DNA of 64,000 nt from Victivallaceae bacterium. GTDB taxonomy: Bacteria; Verrucomicrobiota; Lentisphaeria; Victivallales; Victivallaceae. Shown one piece after another: positions 1 to 8,373 of the stretch. The DNA lies in contig JAZRUY010000034.1 of the NCBI GenBank assembly GCA_045598845.1, positions 7,604-71,603 of the forward strand, read 5' to 3'. The notes below the pieces were generated by a model that was not told the DNA's origin, did not search any database, and was given only the letters and a program-made list of their open reading frames with translations. Within the stretch, counting starts at the first letter, position 1, and every line of letters begins with the position of its first letter. A program made the translations under genes and the position numbers.

Positions 1-591
1 AGCCTCCTCGGTGGGGATGCCTTTCTCCTCGAACACTTTCAGAATCGCCTCGAAATTTTCCGGATCGGCCCAGATTTCAGCGGTGCCGTCTTCAACCGTC
101 AGATCGTTGGCTCCGGCATCCAGCACGATATCCATAAGTTTATCTTCATCGGCCCATTCCCCGGTAACGGTGAAATGCGCCTGACGCTTGAACAGCCGCG
201 ACACTGCGCCGGATCCGGCCATATTTCCGCTGTTGCGCTCGAAAATCATCCGGACATCGCTGATAGAGCGGTTCTTGTTATCCGTCAGGCAATCCACCAC
301 CACCGCCACACCGCCGGCGGCATAGCCTTCGTAAGTGATTTCCTCATAAACCACGCCTTCCAGTTCGCCGGTACCCTTCTTGATAGCCCGCTCCACATTG
401 CTGGCCGGCATATTCACCGCTTTGGCCGACGCCAGCGCCGCCCGCAGACGCGGATTGGCATCCGGATCCGCTCCGCCCATCTTGGCGGCGACCATAATTT
501 CCTTGCCTATGCGCGAAAAAGATTTGCCTTTGGCTTTATCAGCGGCTTCCTTCTTATGCTTGATGTTTGCCCATTTGCTGTGACCGGACAT
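1..591 (-). CDS. yebC: YebC/PmpR family DNA-binding transcriptional regulator (C-terminus cut by window edge)
   Basis: Absent from the ORF track because it runs off the window. Reverse-complement translation from ATG 591..589 reads MSGHSKWANIKHKKEAADKAKGKSFSRIGKEIMVAAKMGGADPDANPRLRAALASAKAVNMPASNVERAIKKGTGE..., the YebC/TACO1 signature. AGGAG lies 6 nt upstream of the ATG. Confidence 0.85.
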   Translation of the reverse strand, partial: MSGHSKWANIKHKKEAADKAKGKSFSRIGKEIMVAAKMGGADPDANPRLRAALASAKAVNMPASNVERAIKKGTGELEGVVYEEITYEGYAAGGVAVVVDCLTDNKNRSISDVRMIFERNSGNMAGSGAVSRLFKRQAHFTVTGEWADEDKLMDIVLDAGANDLTVEDGTAEIWADPENFEAILKVFEEKGIPTEEA

Positions 592-678
592 TTTTAACTC
601 CTTTTATAAACTGCTGACACTGCAAAATTCTAATGAAATTTAACCCTGCTCCGCGGATTTTTCAAGCACCGGAGGAAT

Positions 679-1386
679 TCAGAAAACCGCGGCGTTCAGC
701 CGGGGCGACAATGCGTGCAGCGCCGCCACTGCGGCATCAATGCCGGCCGGGTTGCGAAATACTCCGGTGCCGGAAACCAGCATATTGCCGCCGTGTTCTA
801 CGGTAACCGGAGCGGTGGCGGCATCGATGCCGCCGTCGACTTCCAGATGCACCGGCAGACCGCGGCGGGAGATTTCCCGCCGGATAGCGGCGAGTTTTTC
901 CATTTGGTCTGCCATGAATTTCTGCCCGCCGAAACCGGGCTCCACCGTCATCACCAGCACCAGATCCACCTTGTCCAGCCAAGGGAAAACGCTTTCCGCC
1001 GGTGTTGCCGGCTTCAGCGATATCCCGACCGTGCAACCGCAATCGCGGATAGCCTGAACGGCATCCTCCGGCCGGTCGTCCGATTCGAGGTGAAAAGTCA
1101 GATGATCGGCTCCCGCGGCGGCGAAGGCGGCGGCATACCTGGCAGGCCGGCTGATCATAAGATGGGTGTCGAAAAGCATCCGGCTGTGCTTGCGCAGCGA
1201 TGCGATCACCGGCACTCCGAAAGAGATATTGGGCACCAGCGCGCCGTCCATCACATCGAGGTGCAGCACATCCGCTCCGGCGCGCTCGACGGCGGCGGTT
1301 TCCTCAGCCAGATTACCGAAATCCGCGGCCAGTACCGACGGCGAAACGCTGACGGCGCCGGAATCTATTTGACGGATATCCCGCAT
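679..1386 (-). CDS. rpe: ribulose-phosphate 3-epimerase
   Basis: 235 aa. SPSVLAADFGNLAEE...HLDVMDG..VPNISFG, MTVEPGFGGQKF and VDGGI motifs are typical of Rpe. Confidence 0.9.
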   Translation of the reverse strand: MRDIRQIDSGAVSVSPSVLAADFGNLAEETAAVERAGADVLHLDVMDGALVPNISFGVPVIASLRKHSRMLFDTHLMISRPARYAAAFAAAGADHLTFHLESDDRPEDAVQAIRDCGCTVGISLKPATPAESVFPWLDKVDLVLVMTVEPGFGGQKFMADQMEKLAAIRREISRRGLPVHLEVDGGIDAATAPVTVEHGGNMLVSGTGVFRNPAGIDAAVAALHALSPRLNAAVF

Positions 1387-1388
1387 GA

Positions 1389-1760
1389 TCAGCGCAGCGG
1401 CTTGGCTTCGCGGTGAAGACGGAAATAAGTATTGGCGCCGGTATCTGTAACCGTGATGGCGCTTTCCTCGGCGCTCAAATCAAAATAGAAATTCCATTTC
1501 CGCAGTTCTTCTTTCCCCATGTCCGGCACGATTTTACGGTTGTCTTCAATTTCATACTTGCCGGCCCAGTCCCAGTACGCTTCTTTACCATCCGCATCTG
1601 CCGGAGCGGCGATATGCAGAAACAGCAGATCGTTTTGAACCAGCGCGTAATCCCCGCGGCTGCCGGAAGAATATCTGCCCTCGGCCATCCGGTAACTGGT
1701 ACATCCGGCGGCAAACAGCGCGATGAAGGCGGCCCAAACGGTGAACCTGAGTATTTTCAT
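1389..1760 (-). CDS. hypothetical lipoprotein
   Basis: 123 aa. N-terminal signal peptide with lipobox-like LFAAGC. Ends 2 nt before the rpe start, so probably co-transcribed. No family recognised. Confidence 0.55.
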   Translation of the reverse strand: MKILRFTVWAAFIALFAAGCTSYRMAEGRYSSGSRGDYALVQNDLLFLHIAAPADADGKEAYWDWAGKYEIEDNRKIVPDMGKEELRKWNFYFDLSAEESAITVTDTGANTYFRLHREAKPLR

Positions 1761-1886
1761 AATCGCAGTATCCTCCTGAACGGTAAAACATGAGTTGCTT
1801 TGCTTAAAAATTCCGCTGTTTCAAAAATAATGCCGGCGACAATAAAAATCAACCGTTTCACGGGTTTTCCAATACTGTACCGGTGA

Positions 1887-1914
1887 TTGCGGATTGAACA
1901 AAAGATGCTATATT
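1887..1914 (+). promoter_or_regulatory. sigma70-like promoter candidate (TTGCGG-16-TATATT) upstream of panB leader
   Basis: Hexamers read directly: TTGCGG 1887-1892, 16-nt spacer, TATATT 1909-1914. Confidence 0.3.
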
Positions 1915-1967
1915 ATTCAAGTTCAAGCGATGATTTGGGATTGCGCTTATCATACTTAAACATTTAA

Positions 1968-1990
1968 ATCCGGATGCTCCCGGATTTTTT
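1968..1990 (+). terminator. hairpin plus T-run (possible attenuator or terminator) 38 nt upstream of panB ATG
   Basis: ATCCGG (1968-1973), loop ATGCTC, CCGGAT (1980-1985), followed by a T-run to 1990. There is no upstream plus-strand CDS for it to terminate. Confidence 0.35.
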
Positions 1991-2028
1991 CACATAGACT
2001 GCCTTTTTCGCAGAGAAAGGATAGCATC

Positions 2029-2871
2029 ATGCCGGATAAAAAAGTCACCGTAAACACCGTGGCAGCCATGAAAAAGGGGGGGATCCCCATAACCATGGTA
2101 ACCGCCTATGATTTCACCATGGCGCGGATCGTCTCCGCCGCCGATATCGATATGATTCTGGTCGGGGATTCCCTGGGCAATGTGATGCTCGGCTATGCCG
2201 GTACCGTTCCGGTGACGATGGATGAAATGATTCACCATGCCGCCGCGGTGGTACGGGGCAACGGCAACGCGCTGGTGGTCGGGGATATGCCGTTTATGAG
2301 TTATCAGGCCGATGAAGCCGAGGCGATGCGTAACGCCGCCCGTTTTCTTAAAGAGGCCGGTTGCGATGCGGTGAAACTGGAAGGCGGTGCCGAATATGCT
2401 CCTCTGGTGCGCAGGATGGTAACCGCGGGGATTCCGGTGGTCGGGCATATCGGGCTTACTCCGCAATCGGTAAAAGTGCTGGGCGGGTACGGTGTGCAGG
2501 GCAAAACCGCCGCCGCCGCGGAAAAACTGCTGTCCGATGCCTTGGCGCTGGAAGCCGCCGGTGCTTTCGCCATCGTGCTGGAATGCGTGCCGGCCGAATT
2601 GGCGGCGCTGGTGACCGGACGGTTGAAAACCGCGGTCTCCATCGGTATCGGAGCCGGCTCCGGCTGCGACGGTCAGGTTCTGGTTTGCACCGATCTGCTC
2701 GGTATGACTTCCGGTCATGTGCCCAAATTCGTGCGGCGCTTCGCCGATCTGAACCGGATTATGACCGATGCGTTCAACTCCTATGCCGCCGAAGTGCGGA
2801 AACGCACTTATCCGGCCGGCGAAGAATCCTTTTCTCTTCCGGATGTCTCCGTATTGGAAAAATTGCGCTGA
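2029..2871 (+). CDS. panB: 3-methyl-2-oxobutanoate hydroxymethyltransferase
   Basis: 280 aa. ITMVTAYD, ILVGDSLGNVMLGY, TMDEMIHH and GHIGLTPQS motifs are characteristic of PanB. Confidence 0.92.
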   Translation: MPDKKVTVNTVAAMKKGGIPITMVTAYDFTMARIVSAADIDMILVGDSLGNVMLGYAGTVPVTMDEMIHHAAAVVRGNGNALVVGDMPFMSYQADEAEAMRNAARFLKEAGCDAVKLEGGAEYAPLVRRMVTAGIPVVGHIGLTPQSVKVLGGYGVQGKTAAAAEKLLSDALALEAAGAFAIVLECVPAELAALVTGRLKTAVSIGIGAGSGCDGQVLVCTDLLGMTSGHVPKFVRRFADLNRIMTDAFNSYAAEVRKRTYPAGEESFSLPDVSVLEKLR

Positions 2872-3799
2872 CGCCGGAAGCGCGGCCGCGGTAACCGTAA
2901 TAGGCGCCGGGGCAATCGGCATGCTTTACGGCGCCCGGCTGGCCTCCCGTCACCGGATAACCTTACTGTGCAGAACGGCGGAACAGGCGGCGGAAATCAA
3001 CTCCGCCGGAATAAATCTGGAATGCGAAGGGAAAACGGTCAACGTCCGGCTCGAAGCCGGCGTTAACGGAACGGAACTGCCTCCTCAGGATCTGGTTATA
3101 TTCACCGTCAAGGCCCATCAACTGGCGGCGGCGGCCGCCGCCGCGGAACCGCTGCTGCGCCGGAACCGCCCCGCGGTATGCCTGCTGATGAACGGAGGCG
3201 ACAATCCCGGATTTTTGCGCGGCATAGCGGACGAAAAACAGATTCTGCAAGCCGTTTCCACCGGCAATTCCACCCGTACCGGTATCGCCGCGCTGAAATA
3301 CACCTCCGGCGGCATTACCTGCATCGGGCCTGCTTCCCCGGCGGGAATATCGGCGGCGGAAATTTTCAGCACCTCCGGAATAAAAACGGAACTGCGGGCC
3401 GATATCGGCCGGACCATCTGGAAAAAACTGTTTGTCAATGCGGTGATAAATCCGCTGACCGCTCTTCACGGCATCCGCAACGGGGAAATTGCGGACCGGC
3501 CGGATTTGCAGACGGCGATCCGGCGGATTACCGCCGAAACCGCGGCGGCGGCGGAAACAGCCGGGTTTCACTTCGATATTGACGAAACGGTAAGAAATAT
3601 TCTGGCCGTGGCGGCAAATACCGCCGAAGGAAAATCCTCCATGCTGCAGGATATCCGGAACGGCCGCCGCACCGAAATCGATGAAATAAACGGATTCATC
3701 GTCAGGACATGCGCAAGTGCCGGTTTAACGGCGCCGGCCAATGCGGAACTGGTCCGGCAGGTACATGCGCTGGAAGCGCTCAGGGGAATCTCCGGATAA
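2843..3799 (+). CDS. panE: 2-dehydropantoate 2-reductase
   Basis: Rossmann motif VIGAGAIG near the N-terminus and ApbA/PanE-like body (IWKKLFVNAVINPLTAL, SSMLQDI..GRRTEID). ATG 2843 is the last in-frame start before the Rossmann motif and overlaps the panB end by 29 nt. The track start at 2768 is rejected. Confidence 0.8.
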   Translation: MSPYWKNCADAGSAAAVTVIGAGAIGMLYGARLASRHRITLLCRTAEQAAEINSAGINLECEGKTVNVRLEAGVNGTELPPQDLVIFTVKAHQLAAAAAAAEPLLRRNRPAVCLLMNGGDNPGFLRGIADEKQILQAVSTGNSTRTGIAALKYTSGGITCIGPASPAGISAAEIFSTSGIKTELRADIGRTIWKKLFVNAVINPLTALHGIRNGEIADRPDLQTAIRRITAETAAAAETAGFHFDIDETVRNILAVAANTAEGKSSMLQDIRNGRRTEIDEINGFIVRTCASAGLTAPANAELVRQVHALEALRGISG

Positions 3800-3809
3800 T
3801 CCGTCCGCG

Positions 3810-4856
3810 TCAGAAAAGCAGACGTCGCAGCATCCTCGCCCGGGCCGCATCGAATTCGCATTGAGTCTGACCGCAGCCGGTTGACAAATGCAAATAGGCG
3901 TTTCCCGCCGCCGCGAATAATTTCCCCGGGGTTTCCGCATTCAAATTCCGAAGCAGGCCGGTATCCGCGCCCAGCCGCAGACCGGAAATCGCGCCCAGTG
4001 CTTCGGTGAAGGAGATTTTACGGCAATGCCGCAGCAACCCCCAGGCGCGCCATACCAGATCGGGGATGATTTCCGCATCTTTTTCCGCCAGTTTGGCGCG
4101 GACGCGCTTTTCGCAATCCTCCACCGTGGCGACCAGCGTTTTAAGCTTGCCTATAATATCTGTTTCACTTTCCCCCAATGTACTCTGATTGGAAAAACGG
4201 AACAGAGCGCCGGAATATTCCTTTGTGTCTCCGGCAACGCCGCAAACCGGGAATCCCAGTTTTGCCGCGCCCTGGAGAACCGCGGAAATTTCTTCCGCCG
4301 CAACCAGCCCGGGCAGATGCATCATAACCGCGGCATGCATACCGGTCCCCAGATGCGCCGGCGATGCGGACAGATAGCCGAATTTGGAATCAAAAGCGAA
4401 ATCAAGATATTCCGCCAATGCCGAATCCAGCGAGTCCGCGCCGCGCCGCAACTCATCCAGTTTCTCCCCCGGCGACATGACTTTGATTTCCAGATGATCT
4501 TCACCGTTAATCAAAAGCGCGCTGCGCCCGTCTCCTGACGCCCAAACCGAAGTACAGGCCCGTTTCAGGAATTCCGCCGGAACCAGCCGGCGCTCATAAA
4601 GCAGGGCGCGCTCAGCGGAATCCAGTTCCGCCGGAACCAGCCGGGCGGTATCACCGGCACCGAACACTCCGGTGCGCGAGGCGGCGTAACCCGCCTGCCT
4701 GCGGATGTTTTCCAGTTCCGGCGCATCCGCCGCCGCGGTAAAACGGTGATTCGCCAGATTCCGCCGGACTGATACGGAAGACCATAACACGGCACCGGGG
4801 CCGCCGCCGACAAAACCTGGCAGCCGGTCCAGCATTGCGCTTATCTGTTTATTCAT
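3810..4856 (-). CDS. mcsB: protein arginine kinase (ATP:guanido phosphotransferase)
   Basis: MNKQISAMLD..., LINGEDHLEIKV (compare NEEDHLR), SASPAHLGTGMHAAVMMHLPGL and FSNQSTLGESE match McsB. Start taken at ATG 4856, overlapping the mcsA stop by 8 nt. The track start at 4955 is rejected. Confidence 0.85.
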   Translation of the reverse strand: MNKQISAMLDRLPGFVGGGPGAVLWSSVSVRRNLANHRFTAAADAPELENIRRQAGYAASRTGVFGAGDTARLVPAELDSAERALLYERRLVPAEFLKRACTSVWASGDGRSALLINGEDHLEIKVMSPGEKLDELRRGADSLDSALAEYLDFAFDSKFGYLSASPAHLGTGMHAAVMMHLPGLVAAEEISAVLQGAAKLGFPVCGVAGDTKEYSGALFRFSNQSTLGESETDIIGKLKTLVATVEDCEKRVRAKLAEKDAEIIPDLVWRAWGLLRHCRKISFTEALGAISGLRLGADTGLLRNLNAETPGKLFAAAGNAYLHLSTGCGQTQCEFDAARARMLRRLLF

Positions 4857-5397
4857 CTGTCCTGTCCCTGCGCACCGCGGATGCCAGCGCCGAAGTAAGC
4901 AAGCGGATCCTGTCCCGGCATTCCGCCGCTTTTTCGTATGCCTCGCGGCGTACAAAATTTTTCAATTCGCGCCGCTTTTCCCGAAGTTCCATCCGGATGG
5001 CGGCCGCCTGCCCGTCCTCTCCGGACGGGCGCTTGCCGGTATGCATAGAACCGCAGTGAATCCGGTCCGCCGCCTGCCGTACCAGACGCGTAAAAGCGCG
5101 GTAGCATTCCGGACATCCGAGCGATCCGCCGTGTTCACGGATTTTCTTGAAATCCCAGCCGCATTCCGGACAGACCGTATCGGGGTCAGCCTGACCGGAT
5201 TTCTTTTTAACTTCCGCCGCAAATCCGCCGATGCTGCCGAGCAAACCGGCCAAATCCAGCCCCATGCCTCCCAGTCCGTCGCAAATCTGCTTGGCCGCGG
5301 CGCAATCCGGGCAAAGGTTTATCATCCGGCTGTTGCCGTTGATAATTTCACGGATATGCACCGTGGCTTCTTTTTTACCGCAATTATCACAAAGCAT
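4849..5397 (-). CDS. mcsA: McsA-like activator of protein arginine kinase (zinc-finger pairs plus UVR motif)
   Basis: MLCDNCGKKEATVH...CPDC...CPECG...GCPECY plus a C-terminal UVR-like EAYEKAAECRDRIRLL; same layout as B. subtilis McsA (MICQEC...). ATG 5397 has a GGAGG SD 11 nt upstream. Alternative GTG at 5418 overlaps the ctp stop. Confidence 0.8.
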   Translation of the reverse strand: MLCDNCGKKEATVHIREIINGNSRMINLCPDCAAAKQICDGLGGMGLDLAGLLGSIGGFAAEVKKKSGQADPDTVCPECGWDFKKIREHGGSLGCPECYRAFTRLVRQAADRIHCGSMHTGKRPSGEDGQAAAIRMELREKRRELKNFVRREAYEKAAECRDRIRLLTSALASAVRRDRTDE

Positions 5398-5414
5398 ACT
5401 TGTAAATTCCTCCG

Positions 5415-7502
5415 TCACCGCAGCGAGGCGAAATCAGCGGCGATATTCACCGCCTCATCCAATCCGGGATCCTCGTGTTTTTCTTCAATGATGTCTTTAT
5501 CGCCGGTTCCCTGCAATTTGTCCGCCGCATCCTGCAATTCTTTTTCATCGCGGTATTCTTTCCAGCGTTTTTCTTCATTCAAAGACACTGAATTGCGCTC
5601 ACGGCGAATCCGGAACTGTTTCGCCCGGTCTGCGAGTTTTTTGAAGTCTTCACTGGCTGCGACCCGCGCGGCGGAACGCTCTTTGAGTATTTGTAATTGC
5701 TCCGCGAATTCCGGAGCGGGATGCGTTTCCACCGGCGGCACGGATTCCCAGGGCAGATGATAGTTGAGAAACAGTTCGCCGATTTCCATTTCCTCCGTCG
5801 CCGACGGCAGCACGATATCGGAGGCGATGCCGAGCTGCTGCACGGATCCGCCGCCGGGGCGGAAAAACATCGCCGTTTCAAAAGTCACGCTGCCGGGCTC
5901 CGCATCATCGCCGGCATAGCGGAACATATCGCCCAGTTTTACCACCTCCAGGACCGATCCCTTTCCGAAAGTCCGGCTGTCCCCGACTACCACCGCCCGC
6001 CCGGCATCGCGTAACGCGGCCGTGAATATCTCCGATGCCGACGCCGACAATTTGCTGGTGAGGATCACCACTTTGCCCGGCCACAGGCATTCCCCGTCGG
6101 TATCCTTTTCCAGTTCCACGCTGTTGCCGCTCTTAAGCTGCACCACCGGGCCGGACGGAAAAAACAGACCGCTCATGGCAATGGCTTCCGCCAGACTTCC
6201 GCCTCCGTTGCCGCGGATATCCATCACCAGCGCATCCACGCCTTCGGAATTGAACTTCCGGAGGATTTCCGCCACATCGGCGCTGCAGCGTTTCGCATCG
6301 CTGTCTCCGCGGCGGCCGGCTTCAAAATCACAATAGAATCCCGGCAAAGTAATCACTCCCACCCGGCGGACCGCGCCGTCTGAACCGGCTTCCCGTATTT
6401 CACCTTTGGCGGCGCCTTCCACCAGTTTAACCTTTGCCCGGGTCAAGGTTATCTCCGTCGGCAGCGCCGACAACCCGTTTTCCGCCGGCAGCACGGTCAG
6501 CGTAACTTTAGTCCCGACTTCTCCGCGGATGAATTTCACCGCCTTGGATACACTCATATCTATCAAATCCAGCGGTTCGCCGTCCTCCTGGGTAACCGCG
6601 ATAATCCGGTCATCGACTTTCAGCCGTCCGTCCAGCGCCGCCGGACCGCCGGGAACTAAATCCACCACCTTGACATAGCCGTCATCATTGGTAAGGGTAG
6701 CGCCGATCCCGGAAAGCGATAAACTCATCTGAATATCGAAATCCTCATCCAGACTGGGCGGCATATAATTCGAATGGGGGCCGAAACACAAAGCCAGCGA
6801 ATTCAGATAAATTCCGATGATCTCGATCGGTTCCCGCTGCCGGATACTGTTGTCCAGATCGCGCATCCGCCGCCGGATACGCTCTTCCGGGGATTTCAAT
6901 TTCGCCGCCCGCCTGGCCGCCTCCGGATCTTTTTCCGCCGCTTCCGCGGTTATCCGCGCCTGCAACCGGTAATTGAGCACATCGTTTTTCAGCCGCAATT
7001 CCCAGAGTTTGCGCTGTTCCGCGCTGTCGGCCGGACGCGGCAGTTTGGCGCGGTTGAGTTCTATTTCCTCATCCGAAGTAAAATCGAACGGTTCTTCCAG
7101 CCGGCGATCGAAATATTCGCGCATTTCCGCATTGCGGCGCAGGAAAAGTTCGTAAACCAGCAGCGCAAAACGGAAATCCCCGTTTTCCAGTCTGGCGCAC
7201 AGGTGTTCGCGCTCCGGGCTGAACCGCCTGATATCTTCCTGCGTAAAAATAATATGAGCGGGGTCCAGTTCATCGAAGAAGGTATCGAACAACCGGCCGG
7301 AAAATTCCGCATCCATGGTCTGATGCCGGTAATGCTGTCCCTTCAAAATGTGAACCGTCAACCGGGTCAGAAGCCGCAATTCGTCCTCGGAATAGCGATG
7401 TCTGGTATTTCCGTTTCCGCCGGCGGCAAGCGGAACCGCTGCGGATATCAACAGCAATACCGCGATACGGAAAACGGAACGGCAATACGAAAATAATTTC
7501 AT
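5415..7502 (-). CDS. carboxy-terminal processing (tail-specific) protease, S41 family with PDZ domain
   Basis: 695 aa. Signal peptide, PDZ-like segment (GIGATLTNDDGYVKVVDLVPGGPAALDG) and S41 core (DIRGNGGGSL, SASASEIFTAALRD). Confidence 0.85.
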   Translation of the reverse strand: MKLFSYCRSVFRIAVLLLISAAVPLAAGGNGNTRHRYSEDELRLLTRLTVHILKGQHYRHQTMDAEFSGRLFDTFFDELDPAHIIFTQEDIRRFSPEREHLCARLENGDFRFALLVYELFLRRNAEMREYFDRRLEEPFDFTSDEEIELNRAKLPRPADSAEQRKLWELRLKNDVLNYRLQARITAEAAEKDPEAARRAAKLKSPEERIRRRMRDLDNSIRQREPIEIIGIYLNSLALCFGPHSNYMPPSLDEDFDIQMSLSLSGIGATLTNDDGYVKVVDLVPGGPAALDGRLKVDDRIIAVTQEDGEPLDLIDMSVSKAVKFIRGEVGTKVTLTVLPAENGLSALPTEITLTRAKVKLVEGAAKGEIREAGSDGAVRRVGVITLPGFYCDFEAGRRGDSDAKRCSADVAEILRKFNSEGVDALVMDIRGNGGGSLAEAIAMSGLFFPSGPVVQLKSGNSVELEKDTDGECLWPGKVVILTSKLSASASEIFTAALRDAGRAVVVGDSRTFGKGSVLEVVKLGDMFRYAGDDAEPGSVTFETAMFFRPGGGSVQQLGIASDIVLPSATEEMEIGELFLNYHLPWESVPPVETHPAPEFAEQLQILKERSAARVAASEDFKKLADRAKQFRIRRERNSVSLNEEKRWKEYRDEKELQDAADKLQGTGDKDIIEEKHEDPGLDEAVNIAADFASLR

Positions 7503-7584
7503 TATTTATTTACCTCAGCTGAAATTTACAGCGGATCAAAACAGCGAACCTGAATATCCGGTGTTGTTTTTATTTCCGGACCAT

Positions 7585-7613
7585 AATATAGTCTTGATAT
7601 ACGGTCCCGCCAA
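7585..7613 (-). promoter_or_regulatory. sigma70-like promoter TTGGCG-17-TATATT for ctp-mcsA-mcsB
   Basis: The reverse complement of 7585-7613 reads TTGGCG GGACCGTATATCAAGAC TATATT. It lies about 75 nt upstream of the ctp ATG. Confidence 0.45.
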
Positions 7614-7649
7614 ATAAAGCGCGGCCTGTCTGAATCCGGAATTTCCGCA

Positions 7650-8372
7650 TCAGAATTTACCGAGTTCCCGCATACTGACAACTTTCCGCGCCGTAACGAT
7701 GAAATGATCCATCAGTTCTATGCCGAGCGGAGAAAGAATATCCCGCATCACCCTGGTGGTGTTACAGTCTTCAGGTGACGGGCTGCAGCTTCCCGCCGGA
7801 TGATTATGAGCCAGCGCCACCCGGGTGGCCTTGTGTTTCAACGCCTCTTCAACGATTTCCCGCGGATATACGGCGGCGCGGTTAACCGTGCCGGGAAATT
7901 CTTTGAACCCTGTAGGCACCCCGCGGGCGTTTAGGAACAGCACCGTCATAGTCTCCTTGCTGTTTGCACCGAATTTCAACAACAGATATCTTTTGAGTTT
8001 TTCAGAAGAATCCATTATTTCATCCGCATCGTTGCAGGAACTTTTCATCTGTTCTTCCAGATATTTCACACATATCGCCTTAACCAGATTCAGCAGCGTC
8101 TGGGAATTTTCATTGATTCCGTAGATTTCCCTCATACTGTCCGGATCGGCATTGATGACCGCGGAAATCGAACCGAATTTTTCCCATATTTTTTTGGCGC
8201 GTTCCTTTACATCCTGCCGCGGAATAGCGTAAAACAGCAGCAGTTCCAGTATTTCATAGTTGTTCAGAGCGTTGATACCGCCGCGGTTGAAACGCGCCCG
8301 CAGCCGGTCGCGGTGCCCCAGGCGGGAATCTTTTTCGGATTTTTCTTCCGGAGATTTTTTCGTTTCGGTCAT
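7650..8372 (-). CDS. radC: RadC-family JAB domain protein
   Basis: HRDRLRARF, helix-hairpin-helix-like region and JAMM motif HNHPAG..SPSPED. ATG at 8372 (MTETKK) abuts the stop of the upstream gene. Confidence 0.85.
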   Translation of the reverse strand: MTETKKSPEEKSEKDSRLGHRDRLRARFNRGGINALNNYEILELLLFYAIPRQDVKERAKKIWEKFGSISAVINADPDSMREIYGINENSQTLLNLVKAICVKYLEEQMKSSCNDADEIMDSSEKLKRYLLLKFGANSKETMTVLFLNARGVPTGFKEFPGTVNRAAVYPREIVEEALKHKATRVALAHNHPAGSCSPSPEDCNTTRVMRDILSPLGIELMDHFIVTARKVVSMRELGKF

Positions 8373-8373
8373 T

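Noticed and set aside
2768-2842. Upstream extension of panE to the ATG at 2768; likewise 9560 for degT, 17370 for the Sel1 protein, 4955 for mcsB, 8405 for radC and 54006 for the PBP lipoprotein
   Set aside because: These longest-ORF starts overlap the preceding gene by tens to hundreds of nt. They add non-homologous N-termini. Internal starts give canonical N-termini, signal peptides or short ATGA/GTGA-type overlaps.
1990-2922. 310-aa minus-strand ORF opposite panB. Similar long antisense ORFs lie at 10827-11909, 12018-12992, 16832-17704, 36457-37146, 37447-38409, 46660-47448, 48144-48944 and 50485-51120.
   Set aside because: All lie opposite genes with strong family signatures. All show the H/R/G/F-rich composition of antisense frames.
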